A stretch of 64,000 nt of DNA from an uncultured delta proteobacterium (lineage in GTDB: Bacteria; Myxococcota_A; Polyangia; Polyangiales; B10-G4). The notes beneath the pieces are model-generated. The model saw nothing but the letters and a program-made list of their open reading frames with translations. It did not search any database and had not been told where the DNA came from. The stretch is from assembly GCA_963727445.1 (NCBI GenBank), contig CAVSGI010000006.1, positions 352,001 to 416,000 on the forward strand, given 5' to 3'. Shown here piece by piece: positions 31,042-42,509 of the stretch; the first letter of the stretch is position 1; each line of letters starts with the position of its first letter. The translations under genes were made by a program, and so were the position numbers.

Positions 31042-31689
31042 ATGCGCGCTGCATCTCTGATGATCCTGCTTCTGAGTATGACCTTGGTAGGTTGCGTCGA
31101 TGACAGCGGCCCCGCGCTCTACATCGAGGGCAACCTCCAGCCCGACACCGATTGCACCATCTCCGCTGGAGGGACGCTCCTCGCGCGTGGTGTGTTCAAC
31201 CCGGCGATCGCGGCCGACTACACCTTCCATCCCCGGTACGCCAACCAGCTCTTCCAGAACGCGAGCTCGGCGCCCCCGCGGCCCGACCCGAACGGCGTTC
31301 TGATCCAGGGCGCCGAGGTGACCATCATGGACGCGGCGGGCGCCAGCCTGAGCTTCGGCTCGCTGCCCAATCCCTTCACGGTCGCCAACACCGTCTTCGT
31401 TCCTTCCAGCAGCGGCCCGAATGGTGGTCCGGGCACGGCCCCTGGCGTCCTTCAGATCATTCCCGCGGTGTATGCCGACCAGCTGGCGATGATGGCGAAC
31501 GACTTCCAGCTCCTGGTGAGCATCAAGGCCTTCGGCGAGACGCTGGGTCACGTGTCGGTCGACGCGCGCGAGTTCGTCTGGCCCATCGACGTCTGCTTCA
31601 ACTGCCTCATCGACACCAGCCCCGACGCCTCCGGCACCTGCTGCGAGGTCGGGCAGGACACCGCGTCTCCTATGAGCTGCCTGCTCTGA
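31042..31689 (+). CDS. Hypothetical lipoprotein with Cys-rich C-terminus
   Basis: GGAGGAG RBS; lipobox LVGC; clean codon bias. Confidence 0.8.
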   Translation: MRAASLMILLLSMTLVGCVDDSGPALYIEGNLQPDTDCTISAGGTLLARGVFNPAIAADYTFHPRYANQLFQNASSAPPRPDPNGVLIQGAEVTIMDAAGASLSFGSLPNPFTVANTVFVPSSSGPNGGPGTAPGVLQIIPAVYADQLAMMANDFQLLVSIKAFGETLGHVSVDAREFVWPIDVCFNCLIDTSPDASGTCCEVGQDTASPMSCLL

Positions 31690-34600
31690 CGACGCGCGAG
31701 CGCGCCGCCAGAAACGCATCCGAGAGCGCGAAAGAGAGCATCGCGCGGAGCGGGCTCGAGGCGCGCGCCGCGGAGACGAAGTCCTCTTCGCTGCCGATCG
31801 CGCTCGCGGTGAGGTCGAGGCCTTCTGCGGCCATCGCTTCGATCGCGGTGCGCACCGAGCCGACGAGGAGCAGGCCGGCGCGTGCAGCGCTCTGCCGGCA
31901 GAGCGAGACGAGCTCGTCGAAGGGGGGCGGCGGTCCTTCGGCCTCGAGATGTGCGCGAAGCTCGGCCTGCACGCGCGCTGGAATGGTGTCCCAGAGGCTC
32001 GCGGCGAGGCTCATCGCGTCGCGGCTCACCGAGGGCGAGGCGTCGGGGGGGGCGAACGCCGCGCTCACCGCATCGAGGAGCACCGCCCCTTCGTCGGGAT
32101 GCAGCGTGGTGAGCAGGATGTGCGCGGGGCGCGCGAGCTCGACGGCGCGACCGATGCGGAAGGGCAGGTGCTCTGGGATGGCCTCGGCCCCTTCGTCGGC
32201 GATGAGCGCCGGCGGGTGGGTCGCGACGATCTGAACCTCGATGTCCTTCGTTCGCCGGACGTAGAGCGAGACCTCGCCGGGGGACAGCACGCGCAGCGCG
32301 CGCGCATAGGTCTTGGCCAAGAGGCTCGGTGAGAGCGGCGAAAGCGGCGTGAGGCCGCTGGTGCCGGCTTCGCGTGCGCTCTTGCGGAAGAGCGGCATGG
32401 CACCTTCCCAGACGAGGGCGAGGAGCGTGCTGGCGCGCGAGAGCCGCGCATCGCGAACCGCTTCGGCCGCGTCCTCCACGTAGGAGCAGAGGTCCGACAG
32501 AGCGTGCGGATCGGGGGTCTCGACGCGGGAGTCGAAGATCGAGACGATCTCGGCGGCGGTCTCCGCCACCGCAGGTGCGTCGAGCTCCACCGCGACGCCA
32601 GCGAGGCGGCGCACGAGCGTGGTGCGGGCTGGGTCGCGGCGCACGGCCCAGAGCAGCACGTCGAGCCCCTCACGCCGTCGCGCCGGCTCGGCCAGGAGAC
32701 GCTCGGCCAGCGCCGCGGCGGCGTCCAGATCGTCCTGTGCCATCCGCGAGCGCAGGCGCATCTCCTCGTCGTCGACGACCGAGGGGCGGAAGTCGTGGCG
32801 GCTCGCCCCCATGGGCGGCGTGGGCGAGCCGGGCGTCTCTGGGGGTGACGCGGTCGCCGCGGGTTTGCTTCGTGCGGGTTCGGTCGGCGCCGCGTCGGTC
32901 TCGGGCGCCGCGTCGGTCTCGGGCGCCGCGTCGGTCTCGGGCGCCGCGACCGTCTCCGCGACCGTCTCCGCCGCCGCGTCGGTCTCCGCCGTTGTCTCGG
33001 GCGCCGCGTCGGTCTCCGCCGCCGCGACCGTCTCCGACTCCGACTCCGAGACCGTCCCCGACGCCGTCTCCGACTCCGTCTCCGACTCCGTCTGCGTCTC
33101 CGACTCCGGGACCGTGTCCGCGACCGACTCCTCGACCGACTCCGACGCCTTCTGCGACGCGGCTGCCACGTCCGCGACCGCGGCCGCCATCGGCGGCACC
33201 ACCGCTTCGCGCCGCGACTCGTCCTCGAGCATCGGGAAGGTCTTGGTGTCGGGGATGGCGTCGTAGTCGGTCTTGCCGATGAAGTCGTCGGTCCCCGGGG
33301 CGGGGGGGCGCACCGAGTCTTTGATGGCGGGCTTGTCGACCAGGACGCTCGGGGTGGGCATCCCGAGCTCCATCGTCATCCGCTGCACCACCTCGTCGTC
33401 GGGTGCGAGGGCCAGGGCCTGGTGGGCCTTCTCCGCCGCCTCCTCCGGCGCGGCGGGCGCGAGCCAGCGGGCGATGTCGGCGAAGAAGCGCGCGCGGGTC
33501 TCGTCCTCGACGTCGTGCGCGCCCTCCACCAGTGAGAGCGCATCGGTCATCGTCCGTCGGCCGGCCTCGTGGTCCCCGGCGTCCGCGAAGAGGATCTCGG
33601 CGGCGGCGAGGAGTTGGCGGGCCTTGTCCTCGTCATCCCAGCTCTGCTCGGCGCGGTTCTGGAAGAGCTGCACGAGTCGCGCGCGCGCCTCACGACCGGC
33701 TTCGCCAGAGCGGGTCTCGATCGCGCTCGCCAGCCGTCGCAGGTCGTCGACCAACTCGCGCCGTCCGAGCTTCTCGAGCGCTCGGAAGAGCACGTCGAAA
33801 GCACGCGCCGGATCGTCCAGCTCCCGATCGTGGATCGCCGCGGCCCGGCGCATCATCTCGAGCTGCGCGTCGGGATGGGGAAGGCGCGTTGAGAGCTGCT
33901 CACACGCCACCGCCAGGGTGAGGGGCTCGTGGAGCCGCTCGCTCAGGCGCTCGATGGCGGTGAAGAGCACGCCGGCCGTAGGGGCGACCGCGAAGGCGTC
34001 TCCGTAGGCGGCGAGGGCGGCGCTCAGATCGCCGGCGCGCTCCAACCATCGCGCCTCGCGGTAGAGCAGGGCGCGGCGTCCGTGGTTGCCCATCGCGCGT
34101 TCGATCAGGCGCGTGTAGGTATCGCGGGCGCGCACGATGTCCTCGAGCTCGAGGGACAGGCGTTCGAAGGCGAGGAGCAGGGGGGCGTTGCGCGGGCAGT
34201 GCGTCAGCCCTTCGATCGCGACGTCGAGAGCGCCGCTGCGATCGCCGGCGACGCGCTCGAGCAGGAGGGCGGCCTCCTCGAAGAGCGGAGCGGCGATCTC
34301 GGGCGGCAGCTCCTTGCCTGCCTGCACCAGCACTCGGACGCCGCTCGCGGTGTCGCCGACGGTCGCCATCGCGCTCGCGACCTGACGCGCGACGTGTGGA
34401 TCGCCATCGCTCTCGTCGACGAGTCGGGCGACGAAACCTGCAGCGCGGGCCTCGTCGCCCGCGCGTTCGAGGCTCGCCACGGCGAGGTCGAGGAGGCGCT
34501 CCTGCCGCTCGTGCAGATCATCGGCGGCCTCGAGCCGGAGCGCCAACACAGCGAGCAAGCGCTGCGATTCGCCGGCGCGCGCGTAGATCTCGGTGAGCCG

Positions 34601-37600
34601 GTAGAGGGCCCCCTCGTGATGCGAATCCACCCCGAGGATGCGCAGCAGCGTCCGCGCCTCGGCGGGGCGGCGACCCAGGCCCTGATAGAGCTGCGCGAGC
34701 GCCTCGAGATAGGGCAGGCGCTCGGGCTTGTCCGAGATGGCGATGGCGCGTTCGAGCGCCGCGACGCGATGTTCGGGGGCCTCGGCGTTGCCCGCGACCG
34801 AGAGCGCGTAGCGGGTGAGCATCTCCGAGCGGTGGCCGAGGCGGTCGACCGCGCGCAGGGCGAGGGCTGCGGCGCCGTCCCGCCCGGTGACCGAGGACAG
34901 CCGCCGGAGCGCACGAACCATCGACTCCGGATCGATCCCGTGGGCGCCGAGGGCGTGCATGATGGCGCGGCGGATGCGCTCCTCGTCTTCGGTGGCGGTG
35001 GCCCACAAGAGCCGGCGCATCGCAGGCTCGGGATTCGAGCGGGGACACCGCACACCAGGTGTCGATGGCCTCGTCGCGTACCTCGCGATCGGCGGCCAGC
35101 GAGGCGGCGTCGGCGATGCGTTCGAGGAGTGGCGCCGAGTCGCCGAAGCAGCGACGCATCGCGAGGAGCGCTTCGACCGCTTCGGTCGCGGGCATCGAGC
35201 CGGCGTGCCGGCCCATGAGCAGAGCGGCGGCAGCGTTGTCGGGGTCGTGGGCGAGGGCGCGCCGCGCTTCCTCCAGCGCGACGTCCAGCGTGCCCGTTTG
35301 CTCCGCCAGCGCGGAGAGGCGGGCGGCGATGCGGCCCTTGTCGCGCGGGCTCGGCGTCGCGTCGGCTCGGATCCGGAGCGCGCGCGCGATCCGTTGTGGG
35401 TCGCCGAGGGCGATCGTCGACCGTTCGAGACGCGCCAGTGCTTCGGGATCGAGGGGCGCGGCCTCGAGCAGGATGCGGCACGCGTCGCCACACGCCTCGT
35501 GATCACCATCGCGGAAGGTGAGGCGAACGATGCGGCGAAGCAGGCGCACGCGTTCGTTCAGCCCTTCGGTCTCGGTGAGCCGGCGCATGGCGTAGCTGAG
35601 CCGCGCCTCGTCCTCTGCCCCGGTCCAAGCGAGGCGTTCGAAGGCGGTCGCCGCTTCTTCGTCGACGGGGTCGTCCTTCAGAGCCTCGAGGTAGAGCTCC
35701 ATCGCGCGCTTGCGCTCGCCCGGACGCCCGCCCAAGAGCGAGGCGAGGCTCCGAACCCGCGCGTGGCGGTGCTCGCCGTCGGCGCGCGCCAGCTCCCGCT
35801 CCGCGGCGCGGATGGCCTCGTCCGAGACGCGTACGCGCTCGCGCAGATGCGCGAAGGTGGCCTCGTCGATGGCGTGATCGGGGACCGTGCGCGACAGCTC
35901 GTCGAAGGCCCAGAGCGCCCGGGCGGCCGCGTCCGGATCCTCGGCGGCGCGGACGCCCAGCTCCGCGAGGAGCCCCGCGCGCCCCTCACCCTCCGTCAGC
36001 CGACATGCGCGCTCGAGCGCGTCCAACGTGAGCTGCTCGTCGCCCGTGTCGAGGGCCAGGTCGTCGAGGAGGCGGAGCGCTTCGTCGCCGGTGGGCTTGG
36101 CGGCGAGCGCGTCGGTGACGATGTCGAGGACCAGCTCGATGCTGGTGCTCGCTCGCTGGTAGGCGCGGGCCGCGGTGATGAGCCACTCGGCGCGGTCGTC
36201 GCGGTTCGCTCCCCGCGCGACCGCTTCGGTGATCACCGCTTCGTCCATCGGCGTGCCGGACGCGGCGTACGCATCGACGATCTTGTCGTGCAGAGACTCC
36301 ACCTGCGGCGAGTGGTGGAAGACCACGGCCAGGTAGTCGGCCTCGAGGTCGCGGCGCCCGCCGAGGCCGGCGCGCTCGGCAGCTTCGAGTCGAAGCGAGC
36401 GCGCCAGGTCCGGGTCGGCCGCCTGGTCGGCGGCGTCACCGAGCACGGCCACCGAGGCTTCCGCGAAGCCGTCCGCGCTGAGCGCGGTCGCGTACTCGCT
36501 CACCAGGAGCGGATCGTCCGGGTGCGCCTCGTAGGCCCACGCGAGCAGGGCACGCGCCCGTCCGGGGTGATCGTCGACCAGAAGCCGCGCGGCGCGCTGC
36601 GCGTCGCGCACGGCGTGAGCTGCGTCGCCGGTGAGGCGCCGAACCTCGGCGGCGAGCTCGAGGGGCTCGGCGCGGCCATCGCCGATCTTCGCGGCCTTCA
36701 TCAGGGCGTCGATGCACGTATCCGGATCGCCCGCGCGGAGCGCCGTGCGCGCGAGACGCATGAGGGCCGGCTTCTTCCGGTCCTCGGCCGGGGTTCCGAG
36801 GATCGCCTGATCGTAGGCGACCGAGAGATCGAGCTGACCGGTCGCCGCGCAGAGGATGGCGCTCTGCTCGAGCGCCAGCACGTCATCCGGGTCGGCCGCC
36901 GCCGCTTCCCGGTAGGCACGCGCCGCCTCGGAGAGGGACGCCAGCTCGCTCTGCCAGACGCGCGCGAGCTCTCGCCACGCGGCCGCGCGCTCGGCACCGC
37001 TCGCACCCCGCTGCTCGAGGCTCAGGATGTTGCGCTCGATGGCGTCGAGGGGGTCTTCGAGGCTCGAGGAGACGGGCCTGAGGCGGGGCTTGCCGAGCGG
37101 CGCGGCGTCGGGGGAGGGCGCCGCACCGGGATCGAGGCGCGACGAGGGCAAGAGGGGCGGTGGCAAAGTGTCGCCGGGCCGCCCGGAGGGCACGACCGAC
37201 GAGGGGCGCTTGGGCGGCGGCGGCGCGGACTTTCCACTGCCGACGATGCGCGCGAGCCCCGCGCGGATCAGCGCAGCGATGTGGGAGGCGCTGCTCGGGC
37301 GCACCGGCAGGAGCGTCGCGATCTTCTTCGGCTCGCCCGATTCGATGGGCAGGTCGGCCCAGCGCGAGGCCTCGAACTGATGGGGCGTGTCCTCCCAGGT
37401 GAGGAGCTCCGACGCGCGCCCGCCGACGACGCCTGCATCCGAGAGGGCCGCGCGTCGGGCGAGCGCGTCGAGGACGAAGGGGACGAGCGGGACCCCGTCG
37501 ACGTCGTCACGGGGCGGCTCCGGCACGAAAGCGCCCGGGGGGGCGCCGCGTTCCTCGTCGAGCGCGAGACCGCGAACCAGGCGATCGAGCCACACGCCGC

Positions 37601-37919
37601 GCCGCGCGTCGCGGATGGCGTCCGGGCTCAGCGCCGTCGAACGGATGAGCGCTTCCGCTACCGAGATGTTCGCTCCGCGCGCGTCCTCCACCGCGGTCGC
37701 GAGGGTCTGCTCGTCGACGAGGCCAGCACGCACGACGAAGACTTCGAGGCTCTCGTCCTCCTCGGCGGGGGAGATGTCGACGATACGGCCGGACTGAACG
37801 ACCACCCGTCGGCCACCCACCTCGACGCTACCTTCGGCGCCCCGCTCCGCCAGGTCCAAGAGCAACCGGGCGACGGGGCTCGGCGCCAGCCCCTGGCCGT
37901 CCATCGTGGGCGGGACCAT
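31670..37919 (-). CDS. Very large (~2080 aa) TPR-like helical repeat protein with Pro-rich and acidic linkers (frameshift near 35030)
   Basis: ORF 34518..37919 is coding-like up to ...AVSPLES and ORF 31670..35509 from EPAMRRLLW; one extra C joins them. TPR-type helices throughout. Confidence 0.75.
32880..33145 (-). repeat. Intragenic 18-bp/6-bp low-complexity repeats encoding (APETDA)n and ETES tracts
   Basis: GGCGCCGCGTCGGTCTCG repeated near 32885-32945, plus CTCCGA/GTCTCC units. Confidence 0.8.
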
Positions 37920-37963
37920 ACCAGAAATTTCGGGGATCTACGGGTCGTTCGTGGAGAGCGCTC

Positions 37964-39718
37964 TCACTCCACGTGGACCACGAAGGGCATGGTCAGCACC
38001 ACCCGCTCCGGGCCCATGAAAAGCGGCGCCAAATCGGTGACCTGGCCCAGCCCGGCGGCCGCGGCGGCGTCCTCCACCAGGGCTCGGCTCCGCTCCCCGG
38101 GGGTCTCCCCCGCCATCCCCTGAGCGATGGTGTCGAGGAAGGTCCGTTGGGGCGGCCATCGTTCGATGGGCGCATCCTCCGCGAGCCCGCCTTCGCTGCG
38201 GGCCTTGGAGAGGGCATCCCACAGCCCTCCGAGCTCGTCGACGAGGCCCGCGTCGAGGGCGCGACTGCCCACCATCACGCGACCCTCGGCATAGGGCTCG
38301 ATGGCCGAGCGCTCCATGCCGCGACCGACCTCGATGCGGCGAAGGAAGCGCGTGTAGGTGTGGGCCATCTGGCGGCGAAGGAGGTTTCGCTCTTCGTCGG
38401 TGAAGGGGCGGGTGGGGCTCGAGTAGCCGGCGTGCGCACCACGCGTGATGAGCTCGACGTCGACGCCGATGGTGTCGGCGAGCTCGGCGGCGCTCACCTT
38501 GCCGCCGACGACGCCGATGCTCCCGACGAGGCTCGTGGGCTCCGCCATGATGTGCGTCGCCGAGGAGGCGATGTAGTAGCCGCCGCTCGCGCAGGTGTCG
38601 CCGATGCTGACAATCACAGGCTTCTTCAGGGCCACGCGGTGCATGGCGTGCCACATGCGATCGCTCGCGAGCGCCGAGCCGCCGGGGGAGTCGATGCGCA
38701 CCACCAGCGCCTTGATCTCGTCGTCGCGACCGAAGCTGCGCATGGCACGGGTGAACGGTCCGGCGCGACCGCCCTCTCCATCGCCGCCGTTTTCTTCACC
38801 GTCGGTGATCGAGCTCGTGAGGTACATCAGGCCGATGCGGTCGCCTTCGGGGACGGACTGCGGCGTCTCGCCCGCGAGGGCGCCGAGGATCTCGCCGAGG
38901 CCGACCTCCGGAGGTGGAGGCACGATGCGGATGCGGCGGACGCGCTCCGCGCCACCGGCTACGCGCGCGTGCTCCATCGCTTCGTCGTCGAATCCGACGT
39001 CGTCCACCAGCCCGAGCTCGTACGCGCTCCAGGCGTCATAGGGCCCCTGGTCGATGATCTCGCGGACGCGCTCTTCGGTGAGGTCGGCGCGACCCTCGGC
39101 GATCGAGCTCACGACGAACTCGAAGTAGTCGTCGAGGAGCTGGCCGATGTCCTCGCGCACGTCGTCCGTCGGCTCGACGCGGGTGAACATGTCCGCCACG
39201 CCCTTGAAGCGGCCGATCTGGATCAGGTCGGCCTGAAGGCCGAGGTGCTCGAGGAGCGACTTCAGGAAGAAGAGATGCGCCGCGAGGCCGACCAGATCGA
39301 GGTGCCCGGCGGGGGTGACGCTGATCCGATCGCAGGCGCGCGCCATGACGGCGTAGGAGAGGTTGTCGGCGATCGTGAAGTGGCAGTGCACGGGCTTGCC
39401 TGCGTCCTTCACGCGCTCGAGGGCCTGGATCAGCTCCATGCCGCGGCCCCAGCCGCCGCCCATCGGCCCGAGGCGAAGGAAGACGGCCTTCGCGTCGTCG
39501 TCGCGCTCCACCGCGCGCAGGCGGCGGATCAGATCGCTGATCGTGGGGGGCCGCGCACCGAAGGTCGCGCCGCCGCCGTCTTCGACCGGCGGAGACTCGA
39601 GGACCAGCTCGCGGACCTCCGGGGTGCCGTCGCCCTCCGACGCTGGCTCGCCCTGGTCGTCGCCGCAGGACACGGCCAGGAGCGCGACGAGCGCGCAAAG
39701 GATGGGCGCGCGCCTCAT
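37964..39718 (-). CDS. sppA: Signal peptide peptidase SppA (protease IV, two-domain), lipoprotein
   Basis: Lipobox AVSC; VVRIDSPGGSALASD, CASGGYYIA, GSIGVVGGK, AEGRV, GLVDELGG. Confidence 0.92.
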   Translation of the reverse strand: MRRAPILCALVALLAVSCGDDQGEPASEGDGTPEVRELVLESPPVEDGGGATFGARPPTISDLIRRLRAVERDDDAKAVFLRLGPMGGGWGRGMELIQALERVKDAGKPVHCHFTIADNLSYAVMARACDRISVTPAGHLDLVGLAAHLFFLKSLLEHLGLQADLIQIGRFKGVADMFTRVEPTDDVREDIGQLLDDYFEFVVSSIAEGRADLTEERVREIIDQGPYDAWSAYELGLVDDVGFDDEAMEHARVAGGAERVRRIRIVPPPPEVGLGEILGALAGETPQSVPEGDRIGLMYLTSSITDGEENGGDGEGGRAGPFTRAMRSFGRDDEIKALVVRIDSPGGSALASDRMWHAMHRVALKKPVIVSIGDTCASGGYYIASSATHIMAEPTSLVGSIGVVGGKVSAAELADTIGVDVELITRGAHAGYSSPTRPFTDEERNLLRRQMAHTYTRFLRRIEVGRGMERSAIEPYAEGRVMVGSRALDAGLVDELGGLWDALSKARSEGGLAEDAPIERWPPQRTFLDTIAQGMAGETPGERSRALVEDAAAAAGLGQVTDLAPLFMGPERVVLTMPFVVHVE

Positions 39719-42324
39719 TCCGAGCCCACGGCGGGTTGATCGGGGGGCGGCAGGTCTGCTTCCGTCGCGCCGCGCGGCGCGGGGAGCTCGTCGGGGGCCG
39801 TCTCGGGGGCGGGTGTGGGCTCGGTCGTCGTCTCGGTACCGCCGCCTTCGTCGCCACCACCGCCGCCGCCTTCGGTGCCGCTGCCTTCGTCGCCGCCACC
39901 GCCGCTCTCGGTGCCGCCGCCCGACTCGCTGCCGGCGAGCATTTCGATCTGGCGGCGCGCCGTGTAGGCGGCCGGGCCGTTCGGGAGGCGCTCGAGGTAG
40001 CCGCGGTAGGCCTCGAGGGCCTGCGCGTTCTGGCCCATCTGCCGGTAGGCGTCGCCGAGCCCGATGAAGGCGCCGGCAAACCCGGCGTTGCTCGCTGCGC
40101 GGAAGTTGGATACCGCGCCGCGGGGGTTGCCGGTCTCGAGCATCACGTAGCCGAGGCCGTTCTGGGCCTCCGAGGCGCCAGGGCGGACTTCGAGGGCGGC
40201 CTCGTACATGCCGCGCGCCCGACCCACGTCCCCGCGTTCCATGAGCTCGTCTCCACGTTCGATGTAGTAGCTGTAGTCGCGGCCGCGGGGCGGGGCAGAG
40301 CTCTCGCCACCGCCATGGGAGGATCCGGATTCGGTCTCGGCTTCGGTCTCGGTCTCGGTCTCGGCGACAATCGCCCCCGCTGCGTCGACGCCTGCGTCAG
40401 CGCCCCCATCGAGGCTCTCGACGATCGGCGCTGCGGGCGGCAGCCCACGATCCATCGCCTGAGCGAGGTAGCTCGCCACCGGATGATCCGGCACCGCGGC
40501 GAGCACGGCGTTGACCTCGGCACGCGCACCGGCGACGTCACCTGTCGCGAGGAGCGCCCGCGCGAGCAGCAGGCGCGCGCGCAACAGACCCGGCGCGGCG
40601 GTGGCTGCGCGGCGCGCCGCCTCGAGCGCGGGGCCCGGATTGCCTTCCGGCGAGTCGAGCTCGAAGAGCGCGACGACGTAGAGCTGCTGGGGGCTCGCTT
40701 CGGGCTCGAGGGTGCGCGCGCGGTCGAGGTGGCTCCGCGCCCCCCGACCGTCCCCCGTGAGCCGAAGCGCATCGGCCAGGGCGAGCACCGAGACCACGTG
40801 GTTGGGATCGATCCGCACCGCGTCCTCGCCGTAGCGTCGCGCCTCCGACGCGTTCTCCTCGGACTCGCGGCGGAGCGCCGCCGCCTCACCCGAGAGCGTG
40901 GGATCGGCCCCAGCGCGCGCCACCAGGTCGGCGGTCTTGAAAGCGAGCTCCTGGGCGAGGGCGGCGTGAGCCCTGCTGAGCCCCGAGAGCACCCGGAGGT
41001 CCCGCTCGTCGATCGCCGTGGCGCGGGTGAGCTCGCGGATCGCTTCGTGATAGGCGTCCTGATGGTCGAGGGCGAGGGCGGCTTCTCCGCGCTCGACGAA
41101 CTCCGCCACCCGGTCGGGCGGCTCCGCCAATCCCAGTAGCGGAGCGAGGCGGTTCCAGAAGAGGCCGGCGCCGATCCCGACCGTGAGGAGCAGGACGAGG
41201 GCGACGTAGAATCCAGTGCGGCTCGACTTCGGTTTCACCGCCGTCTGGGCTCGGATCGCGGCGACCTCCGCGTCCTCGTCGACGTACATCTTCTGCTTCT
41301 GTGGGGTGGGCGCGCCGCGGGATTTGGGGCGCGCCCCGGCCGTCTGCGCGGGCTCACCAGGGTCGCTGTATCCCTGTCGCGTAGTCGACTTCTGGCGGGG
41401 CTCGGCCTCTTCCTCCGGGACCTCCATCTTCGGCATGGAGCGGGTCTTCGGGACCTCGCCCAGCACCGGCGCGTCGGGCCCGCCGAGCCCCTCGAGGCGA
41501 CCTACCGAGCGATCGGCGGTGCGACCCGTCGCCGGGCCCTGATCCACCTCGGTCGGCTGCTCGTCGAAGCCGGTCGACGCTTCGGCGCGGGCGTTGGCCT
41601 GCGAATCGACGATGGTCGCGTCGGCCGCGGGGGAGCTCGCGCCCACGCCCATGATCGTGCGCTTCGCAGGCGGCTTCTTCAGGGGCACCCGTCCCGCGCC
41701 CGCCACCCGCGGGTCGGTGATCCGCTGCTCCTCCGGCTGGGTCGAACGCAGCGGCGCGGTGTCCTCCATGCCCAGCCCCGCGGAGCGATCGCTCGGCGGG
41801 ATGGCGGGCACGGGTGGGGTGGCGTGCTTCGGCGGTGGCGCGCTCGGTGGGCGTTGGAGCGGGCCCGAGCCGTGTCCGCGCGACGGAGCTTCGGGAACCG
41901 CGTTCGGACGCGCGGAGGGAGAGCGCGAGAAGGGGGTCGTCGACGCGGCCGGTCCCGTCGTGAAGGGCTGGGTGCCGTCACGACGCTTCGGCTTTTCGTT
42001 CCCCGCTTCGGCCGCGGAGAAGAAGGTCACCAGCTCCGCGATGTCGCCCAGCTTCTTCCAGCTCTCGCCGGAGCGGGAGATCTCGTCGTCGCGCTTCAGC
42101 TCGCCCTGGGTGATGAGGCGCTGCAGGTCGCGGAGCGACGTCAGGTTCTGAACCTTTCCTGCGCGGGTCCGGACGGTCCACGTCTTCGGGCCGTCGCTCG
42201 CCCCCGGGCGGAACACCTTGAAGAGGTGGCCACAGTGGGTGCACTTGACGGTGGTCCCGCGATCCGAGACCAGCGTCTCGTCGAACTCGTACTCGGTACC
42301 GCAGCGTTCGCAGGTGACGTCCAT
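39715..42324 (-). CDS. MJ0042-type zinc-ribbon / Pro-rich linker / TM / TPR protein
   Basis: MDVTCERCGTEY...TVKCTHCGHLF; GYF-like segment; TM FYVALVLLLTVGIGAGLFW; periplasmic TPRs. Confidence 0.85.
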   Translation of the reverse strand: MDVTCERCGTEYEFDETLVSDRGTTVKCTHCGHLFKVFRPGASDGPKTWTVRTRAGKVQNLTSLRDLQRLITQGELKRDDEISRSGESWKKLGDIAELVTFFSAAEAGNEKPKRRDGTQPFTTGPAASTTPFSRSPSARPNAVPEAPSRGHGSGPLQRPPSAPPPKHATPPVPAIPPSDRSAGLGMEDTAPLRSTQPEEQRITDPRVAGAGRVPLKKPPAKRTIMGVGASSPAADATIVDSQANARAEASTGFDEQPTEVDQGPATGRTADRSVGRLEGLGGPDAPVLGEVPKTRSMPKMEVPEEEAEPRQKSTTRQGYSDPGEPAQTAGARPKSRGAPTPQKQKMYVDEDAEVAAIRAQTAVKPKSSRTGFYVALVLLLTVGIGAGLFWNRLAPLLGLAEPPDRVAEFVERGEAALALDHQDAYHEAIRELTRATAIDERDLRVLSGLSRAHAALAQELAFKTADLVARAGADPTLSGEAAALRRESEENASEARRYGEDAVRIDPNHVVSVLALADALRLTGDGRGARSHLDRARTLEPEASPQQLYVVALFELDSPEGNPGPALEAARRAATAAPGLLRARLLLARALLATGDVAGARAEVNAVLAAVPDHPVASYLAQAMDRGLPPAAPIVESLDGGADAGVDAAGAIVAETETETEAETESGSSHGGGESSAPPRGRDYSYYIERGDELMERGDVGRARGMYEAALEVRPGASEAQNGLGYVMLETGNPRGAVSNFRAASNAGFAGAFIGLGDAYRQMGQNAQALEAYRGYLERLPNGPAAYTARRQIEMLAGSESGGGTESGGGGDEGSGTEGGGGGGDEGGGTETTTEPTPAPETAPDELPAPRGATEADLPPPDQPAVGSE

Positions 42325-42509
42325 CAGGGGGGCCGCCCCGTGTCCTACCGTGGCGGCGGGCACGATGCCAAGGAAGAGTACACCTCGGGGCCTCGATGAT
42401 TGGGTGGTGGGGCCGGTTCGGGCGGGCCCGGCCCCCGAGAGCCCCCGGAGGGACCCGACCGGCCTTGGCGCGTGACGAATTGCCCCTTCCAGGGTAGGGT
42501 TCCGCCCCC

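Noticed and set aside
34815..38123. 1102-aa plus-strand ORF and similar long antisense ORFs (e.g. 4366..6615, 18010..20517, 37973..39739, 58807..60816)
   Set aside because: Shadow ORFs opposite well-supported genes, typical of high-GC codon usage; no recognisable motifs.
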